Source: an uncultured Verrucomicrobiota bacterium
Lineage (GTDB): Bacteria; Verrucomicrobiota; Kiritimatiellia; CAIQIC01; Lenti-01
Length of the DNA stretch: 64,000 nt
NCBI GenBank assembly: GCA_964399775.1
Contig: CAYNSH010000002.1
Location: 2,556-66,555 of the forward strand
Reading direction: 5' to 3'
A program made the translations under genes and the position numbers. Each line of letters starts with the position of its first letter. Positions within the stretch are counted from its first letter, which is position 1. Below the pieces are notes generated by a model, which was not told where the DNA came from, ran no database searches, and saw only the letters and a program-made list of their open reading frames with translations. Below, one piece after another: positions 9,324-21,311 of the stretch.

Positions 9324-9935
9324 TTGGGAGATTCATCCGACCTTGATCCTGGGCATGGGATTCACGCGGCGGATACACTTCTTCTGCGGGTTCCCTTCCG
9401 ATTTGACTTTGGCGATAAACGGGACAATTCTTGGGGTGTGAATGTGGATCGCATATTGGAAGTCCTGCACGATGAGAAGGTGGAATTCCTTCTGATCGGG
9501 GGGATGAATTTCTTGCTGCGGCATGTGCCGCTGGCGACCTTCGACGTGGATATCTGGATCCATGACGTTCCGGCCAACCGCTTGCGTTGCACACTTGCAC
9601 TGGCCCGCTTGCAGGCCGCCTGGGGTCCCACCGAGGATTCCTGGGGGCCCGTGAATGAGTACGACGCGGCCTGGCTGGAAACCCAAGCGGTTTTTTGCCT
9701 GACCACGCCATTCGGCGCCCTCGATGTTTTCCGCCAGGTGTCCGGGCTTCCGGCTTGGGAAGAGTGCAGGAAGCGGGCGGTGGCGGCCACCACCGGCGGC
9801 GGCATTCCCTTCCTGGGGTTGTCCGATGCCGATATGTTGCGCTGCCAGTATGCCCTGCCCGAAAGCTTGCGCCGTTTGGATCGGATCCGACATCTCGAAA
9901 ACCTGCCCGATTCGTCCCGAGGAGGACAGCCGTGA
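9324..9935 (+). CDS. Hypothetical protein, possible Pol-beta-superfamily nucleotidyltransferase fold
   Basis: Normal amino-acid composition; the overlapping minus-strand ORFs are R/P/G-rich and look spurious. The motif LLIGGMNFLLRHVPLATFDVDIW resembles hG[GS]...DhD of minimal nucleotidyltransferases. Start uncertain: there is a TTG at 9324 and no in-frame ATG before the conserved core. Confidence 0.4.
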   Translation: MGDSSDLDPGHGIHAADTLLLRVPFRFDFGDKRDNSWGVNVDRILEVLHDEKVEFLLIGGMNFLLRHVPLATFDVDIWIHDVPANRLRCTLALARLQAAWGPTEDSWGPVNEYDAAWLETQAVFCLTTPFGALDVFRQVSGLPAWEECRKRAVAATTGGGIPFLGLSDADMLRCQYALPESLRRLDRIRHLENLPDSSRGGQP

Positions 9936-10138
9936 AGGAATCGCTGGCCGACCAACTCCAGCGTGAAACCGCCAAACGGGATCAGTGCTGGGGGGCGAGT
10001 GAACGATGGCGATTGCTTCAGGAATCAATCACCTGGGCCGAGGCGCAGCAAAACCCGCCCCGCAATACTATGCAAAGTTGCCTGGCCCGCCAGCGGATGA
10101 TGGCAACTGGCATCTCGGATTCGCATACGATCAGCTGA
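9932..10138 (+). CDS. Small hypothetical protein (68 aa), translationally coupled to the upstream gene
   Basis: A GAGGAGG RBS at 9919-9925 is followed 6 nt later by GTG. The GTGA overlaps the upstream stop. Product is VKESLADQLQRETAKRDQCWGASERWRLLQESITWAEAQQ... Confidence 0.3.
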   Translation: MKESLADQLQRETAKRDQCWGASERWRLLQESITWAEAQQNPPRNTMQSCLARQRMMATGISDSHTIS

Positions 10139-10358
10139 TCTTCATGCCTCTATCCGTGGCTCGAATCCGGTTCGCCTTTTGTTTCTGTGTCCTGTACCTT
10201 TTCTGTTTGGCCGTCTTCATCGGTTGGACCTGAGCCCCCCCACCGACCGCCTTGGACAAGGTATGGCCAAGGGCCGTTGTTCACCCAACTGCAAACGACG
10301 GTCGTATGCCCAAGCCCGGGCCGGGTAACTGCGGGCGCCGCGCCGGTTGTAGAGGGAG

Positions 10359-11738
10359 CTATTCCTTGGCGGGGCGGGAGAGGAGCGCGTTGGCCATTTC
10401 GCGGGCGACATCGTGCCCACGGGCGCCGGCCCAAACCACCAGCGAGGGGCCCGTAACCATATCGCCGGCGGCCCAGACGTTCTCCAACCCGTCGGCGGAA
10501 GGCGATCCCTTGGCCGGGCCGGTAAATCCCATCGCCAGCAGCACGAGGTCCGCCTTCTGGAAGAATTCCGTGCCAGGCTTGGCCAGCGGTTTGCGGTCTT
10601 GCCATTCCACCTCCACGCAGCGGATGCCGTACACCCGCCCATGCTCATCGCCTTCGAATGACAGCGTGTTGGTCGAAAACAACCGCTCGCAGCCTTCTTC
10701 GTGACTGCTGGAGGACCGGAAAATCCGCGGCCAGTCCGGCCAGGGATTCGTCGGCAGCCGCTGATCCGGCGGCCGCGGCAGGATTTCGATCTGGGTCACG
10801 CTCCTGGCCCCGTGACGGCGCGACGTGCCCACGCAGTCGCTGCCGGTGTCGCCCCCGCCGATCACCACGACATCACGCCCGTTGGCCGACCAGTCGGCTC
10901 CCACCTCGGCGCGCTCTCCGCTATTCACTTGATTCTGGCGGGTCAGGAAATCGAGCGCGAAATGGATGCCCTTTAATTCGCGGCCCGGTACCGGCAGGTC
11001 GCGCGGCTCGCGCGCCCCGCACGCCAGCAGCACGCCATCGAACTTGCGTCGCAGAAAGTCCAGCGAGATATCCACGCCGACATCCACGCCGCACTCGAAC
11101 GTGATGCCTTCCTGCCGGAACAGATCGATCCGCCGCTCCACCATCCATTTTTCCAGTTTGAAATCGGGAATGCCGTAGCGCAGAAGACCGCCCGCGTATT
11201 TCGCCCTCTCATACACCACCACGTCGAATCCCCACAAATTCAGGTCGCTGGCGACCGCCAGCCCCGTCGGCCCGCTGCCCACCACCGCCACCTTACGCCC
11301 GTTGCGCGGGGCGGCCGTGCGCGGCTTCATGGCTCCGCTGGCGAAGGCGCGGTCGGCGATCTCCCGCTCGATCTGGCGGATGGCCACGGCCTCTCCATTG
11401 GCGGCGTCGCAGCAAGACCCCTCGCACAGCGCCGGGCAGATTCGCCCCGTGATCTCCGGATACGGGCAGGTCTCCTGCAGGATTTCGATGGCATCCTCCC
11501 AGCGATTGTCCAACGCGGCGTAGTTCATCTCCGGAATCGGATTTTTCAGCGGGCAGCCCGCGCCGTAGCAGAACGGAATGCCGCAATCCATGCAGCGCGA
11601 GGCTTGCTTCGCCAATTCTTCATCCGTCAGATGCTCTTCCACCTCGCGCCAATCCTTCAACCGCTCCTCCACGGGCCGATAGTCGGGATCCGCCCGGTCG
11701 AAATCCAGAAACGCCTTGTAGCTGGTGATGGGTCTCAT
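10359..11738 (-). CDS. gltD: Glutamate synthase (NADPH) small subunit GltD
   Basis: MRPITSYKAFLDFDRADPDYRPVEERLKDW...CMDCGIPFC...; it has a 4Fe-4S Cys cluster and an FAD/NAD-binding GxGxxG (VAVVGSGPTG). The start is 5 nt after the gltB stop. Confidence 0.9.
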   Translation of the reverse strand: MRPITSYKAFLDFDRADPDYRPVEERLKDWREVEEHLTDEELAKQASRCMDCGIPFCYGAGCPLKNPIPEMNYAALDNRWEDAIEILQETCPYPEITGRICPALCEGSCCDAANGEAVAIRQIEREIADRAFASGAMKPRTAAPRNGRKVAVVGSGPTGLAVASDLNLWGFDVVVYERAKYAGGLLRYGIPDFKLEKWMVERRIDLFRQEGITFECGVDVGVDISLDFLRRKFDGVLLACGAREPRDLPVPGRELKGIHFALDFLTRQNQVNSGERAEVGADWSANGRDVVVIGGGDTGSDCVGTSRRHGARSVTQIEILPRPPDQRLPTNPWPDWPRIFRSSSSHEEGCERLFSTNTLSFEGDEHGRVYGIRCVEVEWQDRKPLAKPGTEFFQKADLVLLAMGFTGPAKGSPSADGLENVWAAGDMVTGPSLVVWAGARGHDVAREMANALLSRPAKE

Positions 11739-11743
11739 GGCGC

Positions 11744-14700
11744 CTACTCCTTGTCCTTCTCGGTGCGTTGCGTTTCGGCATCCTCCCGGCTCATCTGCCC
11801 CAGCACGAATCGATATTCCATCGGCAACACTTTCACAAACAAATCCTTCCACTGGTGCCAGTCGGCCAGAATTTGTTTCGCACGGAGGCTGCCCGTCACG
11901 GCCGCATGCCGTTCAATCATCCCCCGCAGCTCGCGCTGATCGGTTCGACTGAGCGATTCCAAGTCGACCATCTCGAGATTGCAGCGCGCATCAAACATGC
12001 CATTTTCATCCAGGACGTAGGCGATGCCACCGCTCATCCCGGCGGCGAAGTTGACGCCCGTTGGACCGAGAATCGCCACGCGGCCGCCGGTCATGTATTC
12101 GCAGCCGTGGTCCCCCACGCCTTCGACCACCGCCCAGGCGCCACTGTTTCGGACCGCGAAGCGTTCGCCGACGCATCCGTTCAGATACGCCTCGCCACAG
12201 GTCGCGCCGTAGAGGAGCACGTTGCCGGCAATGGTATTCCGCGCCGGATCGAACGTGGCGCCCCCGGCGGGCTTGACCACAATCGTTCCGCCGCTGAGCC
12301 CCTTGCCGAGATAATCGTTGCCTTCGCCGCTCAGGATCAAGGTCAGCCCCTTGGCGGCAAAAGCGCCGAAACTCTGGCCGGCGGATCCCTCAAATTCCAG
12401 CGTGATCCGTCCATCGGAAAGCCCCTTGTGACCGTGCGCGCGCGCGATGCGACTCGAGAGGATCGCGCCCACGGCGCGATCCGTATTGCGCACCGGTAGC
12501 TTCAGATTGACGCTGGCCCCGCCTTCGATTGCCGCCTGCACCTGCGGCAGGATCCGATAATCCAGCGCCTCCGCAATCGGCGACGGTTGCGGATTGGTAA
12601 AGCGGCATTCCTCCGGTTGGGCCTCCACGCGGTGAAACACCGCCGAGAAATCCAATCCCTTCGTTTTCCAGAAGGTCACCGCCGGATTGACATCCAGCAG
12701 ATCCGAACGCCCGATCAGATCGTCGAATGTCCGGAAGCCGAGCGCGGCCATGGTCTCGCGCACCTCCCGGGCAATGAACCGGAAGAACTGGATGACATAT
12801 TCCGGCTTTCCCGAGTAGCGCTTGCGCAGTTCGGGGTCCTGCGTGGCCACGCCGAACGCGCAACCATTGGTGTGGCACTTGCGCAGCATCATGCAACCGC
12901 ATACCACCAGCACCGAGGTCCCGAAGCCAAACTCTTCCGCCCCCAGCAGCGCGCCAATCACCACGTCGCGGCCGGTCTTGATTTGGCCGTCGGTCTGCAC
13001 CCGGATGCGGTTGCGCAGCCGATTCAGCACCAACGTCTGCTGCGTCTCCGCCAGTCCAATCTCCCAGGGGACGCCCGCGTGCTTGATGCTGGAAAGCGGC
13101 GACGCCCCCGTGCCGCCATCATAGCCGCTGATCAGGACCCGGTCGGCCCGGGCCTTGGCCACTCCGGCCGCCACGGTCCCGACGCCCGTTTCCGCCACCA
13201 GTTTGACGCTGACCTCGGCCTCGTCGTTGCCACAGCGCAAATCATAAATCAACTGCGCGATGTCTTCAATCGAATAGATGTCGTGGTGCGGGGGCGGCGA
13301 AATCAGCGTAACGCCCGGCGTAGAATGGCGCACCCGGGCGATATCGGCTGTCACCTTGTGGCCCGGAAGCTGCCCCCCCTCGCCCGGCTTGGCGCCCTGC
13401 GAAATCTTGATCTGCAATTCCTTGGCGTGGTTCAAATACTCGGCCGTCACGCCAAATCGTCCACTGGCGACCTGCTTGATGGCGCTGCAACGGTTCTCGC
13501 CATTGGGACCGGGCACATACCGCGCCGGATCCTCTCCGCCTTCGCCGCTGTTGCTGCGTCCGCCAATGCTGTTCATCGCAACGGCCAGCGTCTCGTGGAC
13601 TTCCTTGCCCAGGGACCCGAAACTCATCGCGCCGGTCATGAAGCGGCGCATGATCGCCTCCTCCGGCTCGACCTCTTCAAGGGGCACCGCCGGTCCCGCG
13701 GGCTTGAGCATGAACAGCCCGCGCAAGGTGCTTTGCTTCTCCGCCTGGTCGTTGATCATCGCCGCGTACGTTTGATACACCTCCCAATCGCCGCGGCGGG
13801 TGGCCTGTTGCAGGGCGCTGATGCTCTGCGCCGTCCAGAGATGGCGTTCGCCGTCCGCGCGCCACGCATACTGGCCGCCGGATGGCAAGGGCATCTCGGG
13901 CGCCACGGCCTTCGCCTCCGCATAGCGAGCCAGGGATTCCCGGGCGATTTCGTCCAAGCCAATACCCCCCACGCGGGATGAGGTCCCCTTGAAATACCGT
14001 TCCACCAGCGCGGGGCTCAGACCAACCGCCTCGAACACCTGCGCGTTGCGATAGCTGCGCAAGGTGGAGATGCCCATCTTCGACATGACTTTCATCAGCC
14101 CCTTGTTCAGGGCGTGGATATAATTGACCAGCGCGCGGGCCTCGTTGGTCCGCACCGTCAGCTCATCCTTGCGCGACAGCTCCACCACCGTGGCGAACGC
14201 CAAATACGGATTGATCGCCGTCGCGCCATAACCCAACAACAGCGCAATGTGCATGACCTCGCGCGCCTCGCCCGTTTCCAATAGCAGCCCCACGTCCGTG
14301 CGCAGTCCGGCGTTGCGCAGGGCCTGGTTCACCGCCGCCACCGCCAACAGGGCCGGAATCGGCGCCTGGCCTTCGGGCAGATTTCGGTCGCTCAGCACAA
14401 GGATTCGCGTTTGCTCCTTGACCTTCGCCATGGCCGCCGCGGCCAGCGCCTCCAGCGCCTGGTCCAGCGCCACCCCGGGCGACGCCGTCTCCGCGGAAAA
14501 TCCGATCGGCAATGTTGCCGCGCGGAAATGCTCGCTGTTTAGGTTGCGGATGCGCGCCAGATCCGCGTTGGACAATATCGGATGTTGCAACTTCACCAGC
14601 CGCGCCTGGACTGGGGTTTCGGCCAGAATATTCGGGTGATTGCCCAGATACGTCATCAGCGACATCACCAACTCCTCCCGGATGGGATCGATCGCCGGAT

Positions 14701-16270
14701 TGGTGATCTGCGCAAAGAGCTGCTTGAAGTACCAGTAGAGAAGCTGGGGCTTCTCGCTCAAGATCGCCAACGGCTGGTCGCTGCCCATGGAGCCCACCGG
14801 CTCGTAGCCCTTGACCACCATGCCGTCCAGAATCACGCGGATATCCTCGCGCGTATAGCCATGCAGTCGCTGCAGCGCACGCAACGCCCCCGTCGGCGAT
14901 TCCCCCGCGTTCACGGCACCATATAAACCATGGATCGAAATGTGGTTCTCTTCCACCCACCGGCGATAGGGCTTGCGACGCGCGAGGTGCATCTTGATCT
15001 CGGCGTCCTTCATCAGTCGCCCCGTCGCCAAATCCGCCAGCAGCATTGTCCCTGGCCGCAGCGAACCGCGCTCGGCGATCTGATCTGCCGGGATCTCCAG
15101 CACGCCCGCCTCCGAAGCCAGCACCATGAAGCCGTCCTTGGTCACTGTATAGCGCACCGGCCGCAGCCCATTGCGGTCCAGCGCCGCCCCCACCAGGCGT
15201 CCATCGGTAAACGCCACCGCCGCCGGCCCGTCCCATGGCTCCATCAGGCCGGAGTGATATTCAAAGAACCCACGCAGATCGGGCCCCATCGGATACTTCT
15301 GTCCCCACGCCTGCGGCATCAGCATCAGCAGGGCGTGGTGAATATCGCGTCCACCCAGTGTCAGCAACTCCAGCGCATTGTCCAGATTGGCGCTGTCGCT
15401 GGCAAACGCCTCCAGGATCGGCGGCAGCTTGGCCAGATCATCCCCGAAAACGTCCGATTTCATCCGGCGTTCGCGCGTCGCCATCTGGTTGCGGTTGCCG
15501 CGCAGGGTGTTGATCTCCCCGTTGTGCGCCAGCAGGCGGAACGGCTGGGCCAGCGGCCACGACGGAAAGGTATTGGTGGAATAGCGCTGGTGCACGACCG
15601 CCAGCGCGCTCACCATGCGGATGTCGCGCAGATCGGGATAGAACTTCGGCACCTGGGGCGCGATCATCATGCCCTTGTAAATCACCGTCCGGCAGGAGAA
15701 GCTCGAGGCATAGCCGTTGGGGGAGCCGTCCGACTCCTTCGTACCCAGTTCGTGCTCGGCGCGCTTGCGCACCACCAGCAGTTTCCGCTCGAGCGCATCA
15801 TCATGCAGGCGCCCCTTCGGGTCGGCGGCAAAAATCTGCCAGAACGATGGCATGGAGCCACGGGCGATCTCACCCACCGCCATCGGGTCCACCGGCACTT
15901 CCCGCCAGCCTAGGGTCGTCAGGCCCTCTTCCAGCAAAATCCGCTGAAGCCCCGACTTCGTGTCGGCCAAGGCCTGACCGCCCGCCGGCAACAGAAGCGC
16001 TCCCACCCCATAACGGCCCCGCGCCGGAAGTTCAAACCCCAACGCTTCGGCTTCGCCACGAAAAAACACATCCGGGATCTGGATCAGCAGTCCCGCGCCG
16101 TCGCCCGTATCCGGGTCCGCCCCCGTCGCTCCGCGGTGCAGCAGATTCTCCAGCACCTCGATGCCCTTTTCCACAATCCGATGCTCGGCGCGCCCGTCCA
16201 GATTCAGCACAAACCCCACCCCGCACGAATCGCGCTCATGGCGCGGGTCATACAATCCAACGGCTCTCAT
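11744..16270 (-). CDS. gltB: Glutamate synthase large subunit GltB (1508 aa)
   Basis: MRAVGLYDPRHERDSCGVGFVLNL... gives the N-terminal amidotransferase Cys nucleophile. The length and composition fit an FMN-binding central domain and a GXGXG-type C-terminal domain. Confidence 0.95.
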   Translation of the reverse strand: MRAVGLYDPRHERDSCGVGFVLNLDGRAEHRIVEKGIEVLENLLHRGATGADPDTGDGAGLLIQIPDVFFRGEAEALGFELPARGRYGVGALLLPAGGQALADTKSGLQRILLEEGLTTLGWREVPVDPMAVGEIARGSMPSFWQIFAADPKGRLHDDALERKLLVVRKRAEHELGTKESDGSPNGYASSFSCRTVIYKGMMIAPQVPKFYPDLRDIRMVSALAVVHQRYSTNTFPSWPLAQPFRLLAHNGEINTLRGNRNQMATRERRMKSDVFGDDLAKLPPILEAFASDSANLDNALELLTLGGRDIHHALLMLMPQAWGQKYPMGPDLRGFFEYHSGLMEPWDGPAAVAFTDGRLVGAALDRNGLRPVRYTVTKDGFMVLASEAGVLEIPADQIAERGSLRPGTMLLADLATGRLMKDAEIKMHLARRKPYRRWVEENHISIHGLYGAVNAGESPTGALRALQRLHGYTREDIRVILDGMVVKGYEPVGSMGSDQPLAILSEKPQLLYWYFKQLFAQITNPAIDPIREELVMSLMTYLGNHPNILAETPVQARLVKLQHPILSNADLARIRNLNSEHFRAATLPIGFSAETASPGVALDQALEALAAAAMAKVKEQTRILVLSDRNLPEGQAPIPALLAVAAVNQALRNAGLRTDVGLLLETGEAREVMHIALLLGYGATAINPYLAFATVVELSRKDELTVRTNEARALVNYIHALNKGLMKVMSKMGISTLRSYRNAQVFEAVGLSPALVERYFKGTSSRVGGIGLDEIARESLARYAEAKAVAPEMPLPSGGQYAWRADGERHLWTAQSISALQQATRRGDWEVYQTYAAMINDQAEKQSTLRGLFMLKPAGPAVPLEEVEPEEAIMRRFMTGAMSFGSLGKEVHETLAVAMNSIGGRSNSGEGGEDPARYVPGPNGENRCSAIKQVASGRFGVTAEYLNHAKELQIKISQGAKPGEGGQLPGHKVTADIARVRHSTPGVTLISPPPHHDIYSIEDIAQLIYDLRCGNDEAEVSVKLVAETGVGTVAAGVAKARADRVLISGYDGGTGASPLSSIKHAGVPWEIGLAETQQTLVLNRLRNRIRVQTDGQIKTGRDVVIGALLGAEEFGFGTSVLVVCGCMMLRKCHTNGCAFGVATQDPELRKRYSGKPEYVIQFFRFIAREVRETMAALGFRTFDDLIGRSDLLDVNPAVTFWKTKGLDFSAVFHRVEAQPEECRFTNPQPSPIAEALDYRILPQVQAAIEGGASVNLKLPVRNTDRAVGAILSSRIARAHGHKGLSDGRITLEFEGSAGQSFGAFAAKGLTLILSGEGNDYLGKGLSGGTIVVKPAGGATFDPARNTIAGNVLLYGATCGEAYLNGCVGERFAVRNSGAWAVVEGVGDHGCEYMTGGRVAILGPTGVNFAAGMSGGIAYVLDENGMFDARCNLEMVDLESLSRTDQRELRGMIERHAAVTGSLRAKQILADWHQWKDLFVKVLPMEYRFVLGQMSREDAETQRTEKDKE

Positions 16271-16411
16271 CCTGTTCTTCTCCTGCGATTGGTTCTTCCG
16301 GCAGCCCGGCCACCGGTTGAATTCGAAACATTCGATCGTTTTGCCCTAAAAATCACGCAAAAATATGGATCTGTCCATCATCCAACAGTAATGAATCAAA
16401 TTTGCGCCGGA

Positions 16412-16432
16412 TTCCTACATTTTTGTAGGAAA
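16412..16432. promoter_or_regulatory. Perfect 8-bp-arm palindrome TTCCTACA-N5-TGTAGGAA in the AT-rich gltB upstream region
   Basis: Read directly from the sequence; it lies ~140 bp upstream of the gltB start in the only AT-rich intergenic stretch of this block. Confidence 0.3.
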
Positions 16433-16531
16433 GGACAACCTTCGCGACAGATTAGCATCACCAGGGCGCCCCGGGGTCAGGGAAGTCGTCCATCCACCGT
16501 CCCACCACCAAGGCCGATTCGTCCTGGCGGC

Positions 16532-18619
<2,088 letters not shown>

Positions 18620-18632
18620 CGAAGTCTTTCGT

Positions 18633-19669
18633 TCAGCGGTACAGCATCCAGGAGCGCACGGAATAGCGAACCCACTGGCCAAAGGAAAGCAGAATATCCC
18701 GGAGGGAGGCCCCATCCGCGTGGTGACGGCCGCTCGAGTGCCGCCGGCGCACCCGAACCCGGCGGTAGCGCTTGCCATTGCGCACCACGATCTCCTCCTT
18801 GTTGATCGCCAGGTCGTCGCGCATGGGAATGAGGCGGCTGCTCTCGGCATCCTCCGGTCCCGTGGCGGGGATCGGACTCGTCGCCAGTCGGTGCAGGGCC
18901 CGCTCCAGCATCCGGTCCGGATCCCATGGCTCCGAAAAATCGCACCACTCCACCACCAGTGCGGCGGCCAGATCCGTCGGCACGACCTTGGGATCCTGGC
19001 CGCAGGCGTCATGGGCCGCCACCCAACCGCAATCCAAGGTGCACACCAACCGCTCGCGTTCAAGCATCCGCGGCATGGACCGCCGGACCATGGTCGCCGC
19101 CGCGTCCTCCACCTGATGCTTCAAGACCGCCAAGGGGCCCGTTGGCTCGAGTCCTTCCTCCACCGCGGCATCGTGCCGCGACGACGGGTCCCGGCCTACG
19201 GGCCCATTGCGATGCCAAAGCCAGGTCTTGACCTCCGCCAGCGCGCCTTTTCTCAGCCGGCCGCACACCCGCTCCAGATCATCGCGCAGCGGATGGGAGC
19301 TCAGCGTGTCCCGCAAGTCCCCGCGGGCCGCATGAATCGACTGACCCAACTCGGGGGGGAGGTCCGGATTGTCCTGGTGATACAGCAAGACCCGCCCCAG
19401 CAGACGGGCTTGGGCATGCCAATCCGCAAATGTCCCCTCGCCCGGTTTCGGGGGCGGCTTCCTGGCGCGCCGCGGCGCCGACAGCGAAACGATGGCCAGC
19501 AACGGCGCCAGCCAGCCCAGCGCCAGCAGGATCACCGCCAGCCCAGCCACATACGGCGCCCGCGGATGCAGCGCCACCCACAGGATGGCCCCGGTTATGA
19601 CCATCAGCACCAGCCACCAGATCACCGTGAACCGCCGCTCCCGCGCCGCGGCCTGTCGCAGTTGCTCCA
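18633..19669 (-). CDS. Hypothetical protein with two N-terminal TM helices
   Basis: The start is at MEQLRQAAARERRFTVIWWLVLMVITGAILWV. The first ~200 aa of the listed 545-aa ORF are a G/A/R-rich antisense extension over the amidohydrolase gene. Confidence 0.45.
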
Positions 19670-19681
19670 TGAGGGACTCCC

Positions 19682-21052
19682 CTATCGTCCCGCTTTGCGC
19701 AGCAGGTCCGCCGTCAGGTCGTTGGCCTGATGGAAAACCGCCTTCTCGTCCAACCCCGACACCTCGCCCTTTTCGACCAGGACGCGGCCCGCCACAATCG
19801 TGTACTCCGCGCGCGGCGCACTCCCGCAGAACAGCACCGCATGCGCCGGATCCGTCATCGCCCCCGCAAAGTCGATCCGGTCCAGCCGGAACAGCGCCAG
19901 ATCCGCCGCCATCCCCGGCTTCACCTGCCCGATCTCCGGCTGCCCCAGGATCGACGCCCCGCCCCGCGTCGCCATGCGGATCACCGTCTGCGGCGGCATC
20001 GATGTCACGCCCGTGCCCACCCGGTGCACCAACAACCCCGTCTGCATTTCCTTGAGCAGGTTCGAAGAATCGTTGCTGGCGCTGCCGTCCACCGCAATCC
20101 CCACGCGCACCCCCGCCTCCAGCAGCGCCGGCACATGGCAAATGCCCGAGCCCAGCCGCAGATTGCTCACCGGGCAATGCGCCACTCCGCAGTTCAACTG
20201 CCCCAGGCGCTTGATCTCCTCCGGCGTGAACCAGATGCCGTGGGCGTACCATACGTCCGGGCCCACCCACCCCACGCTCTCCATGTAGTCCAGGGGGCGC
20301 ATCCCGAGCTTCTGCATGCAGTAATCATCCTCGTCGTTCGTCTCCGCCAGGTGCGTGTGCATGAAGACTTTTTTCGCGCGCGCAAACACCGCCGTCTCGG
20401 CCAGCGACTCCTTCGTCACCGAAAACGGCGAACACGGCGCCAGCACGATCCGCGTCATGGCGAACGGATCCGGATCGTGGTATTTCGCAATCAGCCGGTC
20501 GCAGTCCGACAGAATCGCCTCCCAATCCTGGGTCACGTCGTCCGGTGGAAGCCCCCCCTGCGACCGCCCCAGGCTCATGCTGCCGCGCGTGGGATGGAAG
20601 CGCACCCCCATCTCCCGCGCCGTGTCGATCTCGATGTCCAGAAATTCCTGCGGGGCCGAACGGGGAAAGACATAGAAGTGGTCCGTGGTCGTCGTGCAGC
20701 CGCTTAACAGCAGCTCGCCCAGCGCAATCTGCGCACTCACGCGAACCGCTTCCGGATGCAGCCCCCGCCACACCTCGTACAGCCACAGCAGCCAGTCGAA
20801 CAGCTTGGCGTCCTGCACCGCCGGAAGGTTCCGCGTCAGCGTCTGGTAGAAATGGTGGTGGGTGTTGACAAAGCCCGGATAGGCCACGCACCAGCGCCCG
20901 TCGATCACCCGCGCATCCGCCGGCGCCGGCAGGTTCTCCCCCACGGCTTCGATCCGACCGTCTTTCACCACCACGTCCACGTTGTGCAGCACGCGGTAGT
21001 CGTCATCCACCGTCACCAGCGTGTGGAGGTTGGCAATCTTCAGGCTGCTCAT
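19682..21052 (-). CDS. Amidohydrolase, TRZ/ATZ (chlorohydrolase / 8-oxoguanine-deaminase-like) family
   Basis: VAYPGFVNTHHHFYQT...HTHLAET...VAHCPVSNLRLGSGI...AVDGSASN are metal-dependent hydrolase motifs typical of guanine/8-oxoguanine/MTA deaminases. Confidence 0.8.
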   Translation of the reverse strand: MSSLKIANLHTLVTVDDDYRVLHNVDVVVKDGRIEAVGENLPAPADARVIDGRWCVAYPGFVNTHHHFYQTLTRNLPAVQDAKLFDWLLWLYEVWRGLHPEAVRVSAQIALGELLLSGCTTTTDHFYVFPRSAPQEFLDIEIDTAREMGVRFHPTRGSMSLGRSQGGLPPDDVTQDWEAILSDCDRLIAKYHDPDPFAMTRIVLAPCSPFSVTKESLAETAVFARAKKVFMHTHLAETNDEDDYCMQKLGMRPLDYMESVGWVGPDVWYAHGIWFTPEEIKRLGQLNCGVAHCPVSNLRLGSGICHVPALLEAGVRVGIAVDGSASNDSSNLLKEMQTGLLVHRVGTGVTSMPPQTVIRMATRGGASILGQPEIGQVKPGMAADLALFRLDRIDFAGAMTDPAHAVLFCGSAPRAEYTIVAGRVLVEKGEVSGLDEKAVFHQANDLTADLLRKAGR

Positions 21053-21056
21053 TCCG

Positions 21057-21311
21057 CTACTCCTCGAAGACCATCTTCTTGACCGCCACGCCGGGGATGG
21101 CCTTCAGCGCCGCCGACAACTCCGCCACCCGGTCCACCACCTCCAGCAGGATCGTCCCGTTGGGCGAGCAAAAGCCATCGCCCGTGTCGTGCAGCCCGAT
21201 GCGTGTCCGGATCGAACACCCGTATGCCGTCAACACCTTCTGAACCTTCGCCGTGTGCCGGGTCCGCTGCGCCACATGCACGCCCAGGATCGTCTTCTTC
21301 ATGGTTTTCAT
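21057..21311 (-). CDS. Small (84 aa) ACT-like regulatory protein, possibly TM1266/TIGR03959-like
   Basis: MKTMKKTILGVHVAQRTRHTAKVQKVLTAYGCSIRTRIGLHD...LLEVVDRVAELSAALKAIPGVAVKKMVFEE. It has an ATGA overlap with the upstream IMPase gene and a 4-nt gap to the amidohydrolase. Confidence 0.4.
   Translation of the reverse strand: MKTMKKTILGVHVAQRTRHTAKVQKVLTAYGCSIRTRIGLHDTGDGFCSPNGTILLEVVDRVAELSAALKAIPGVAVKKMVFEE

Noticed and set aside
10139-10358. ORF 10006-10233 (75 aa) and other small ORFs between the small coupled gene and the gltD 3' end
   Set aside because: There is no RBS and the composition is hydrophobic and low-complexity. The region is more likely the 3' UTR or terminator region of the convergent genes.
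12587-15913. Several 300-460-aa plus-strand ORFs (12587-13981, 14930-15913) and minus-strand 14163-15236
   Set aside because: They overlap gltB, the 1508-aa minus-frame glutamate synthase large subunit. They are spurious GC-rich frames.
16271-16531. Possible sigma-54 (-24/-12) promoter upstream of gltB
   Set aside because: The best candidate (TGGCCGGGCTGC) has GG-N7-GC spacing rather than the required GG-N10-GC, so it is not called.
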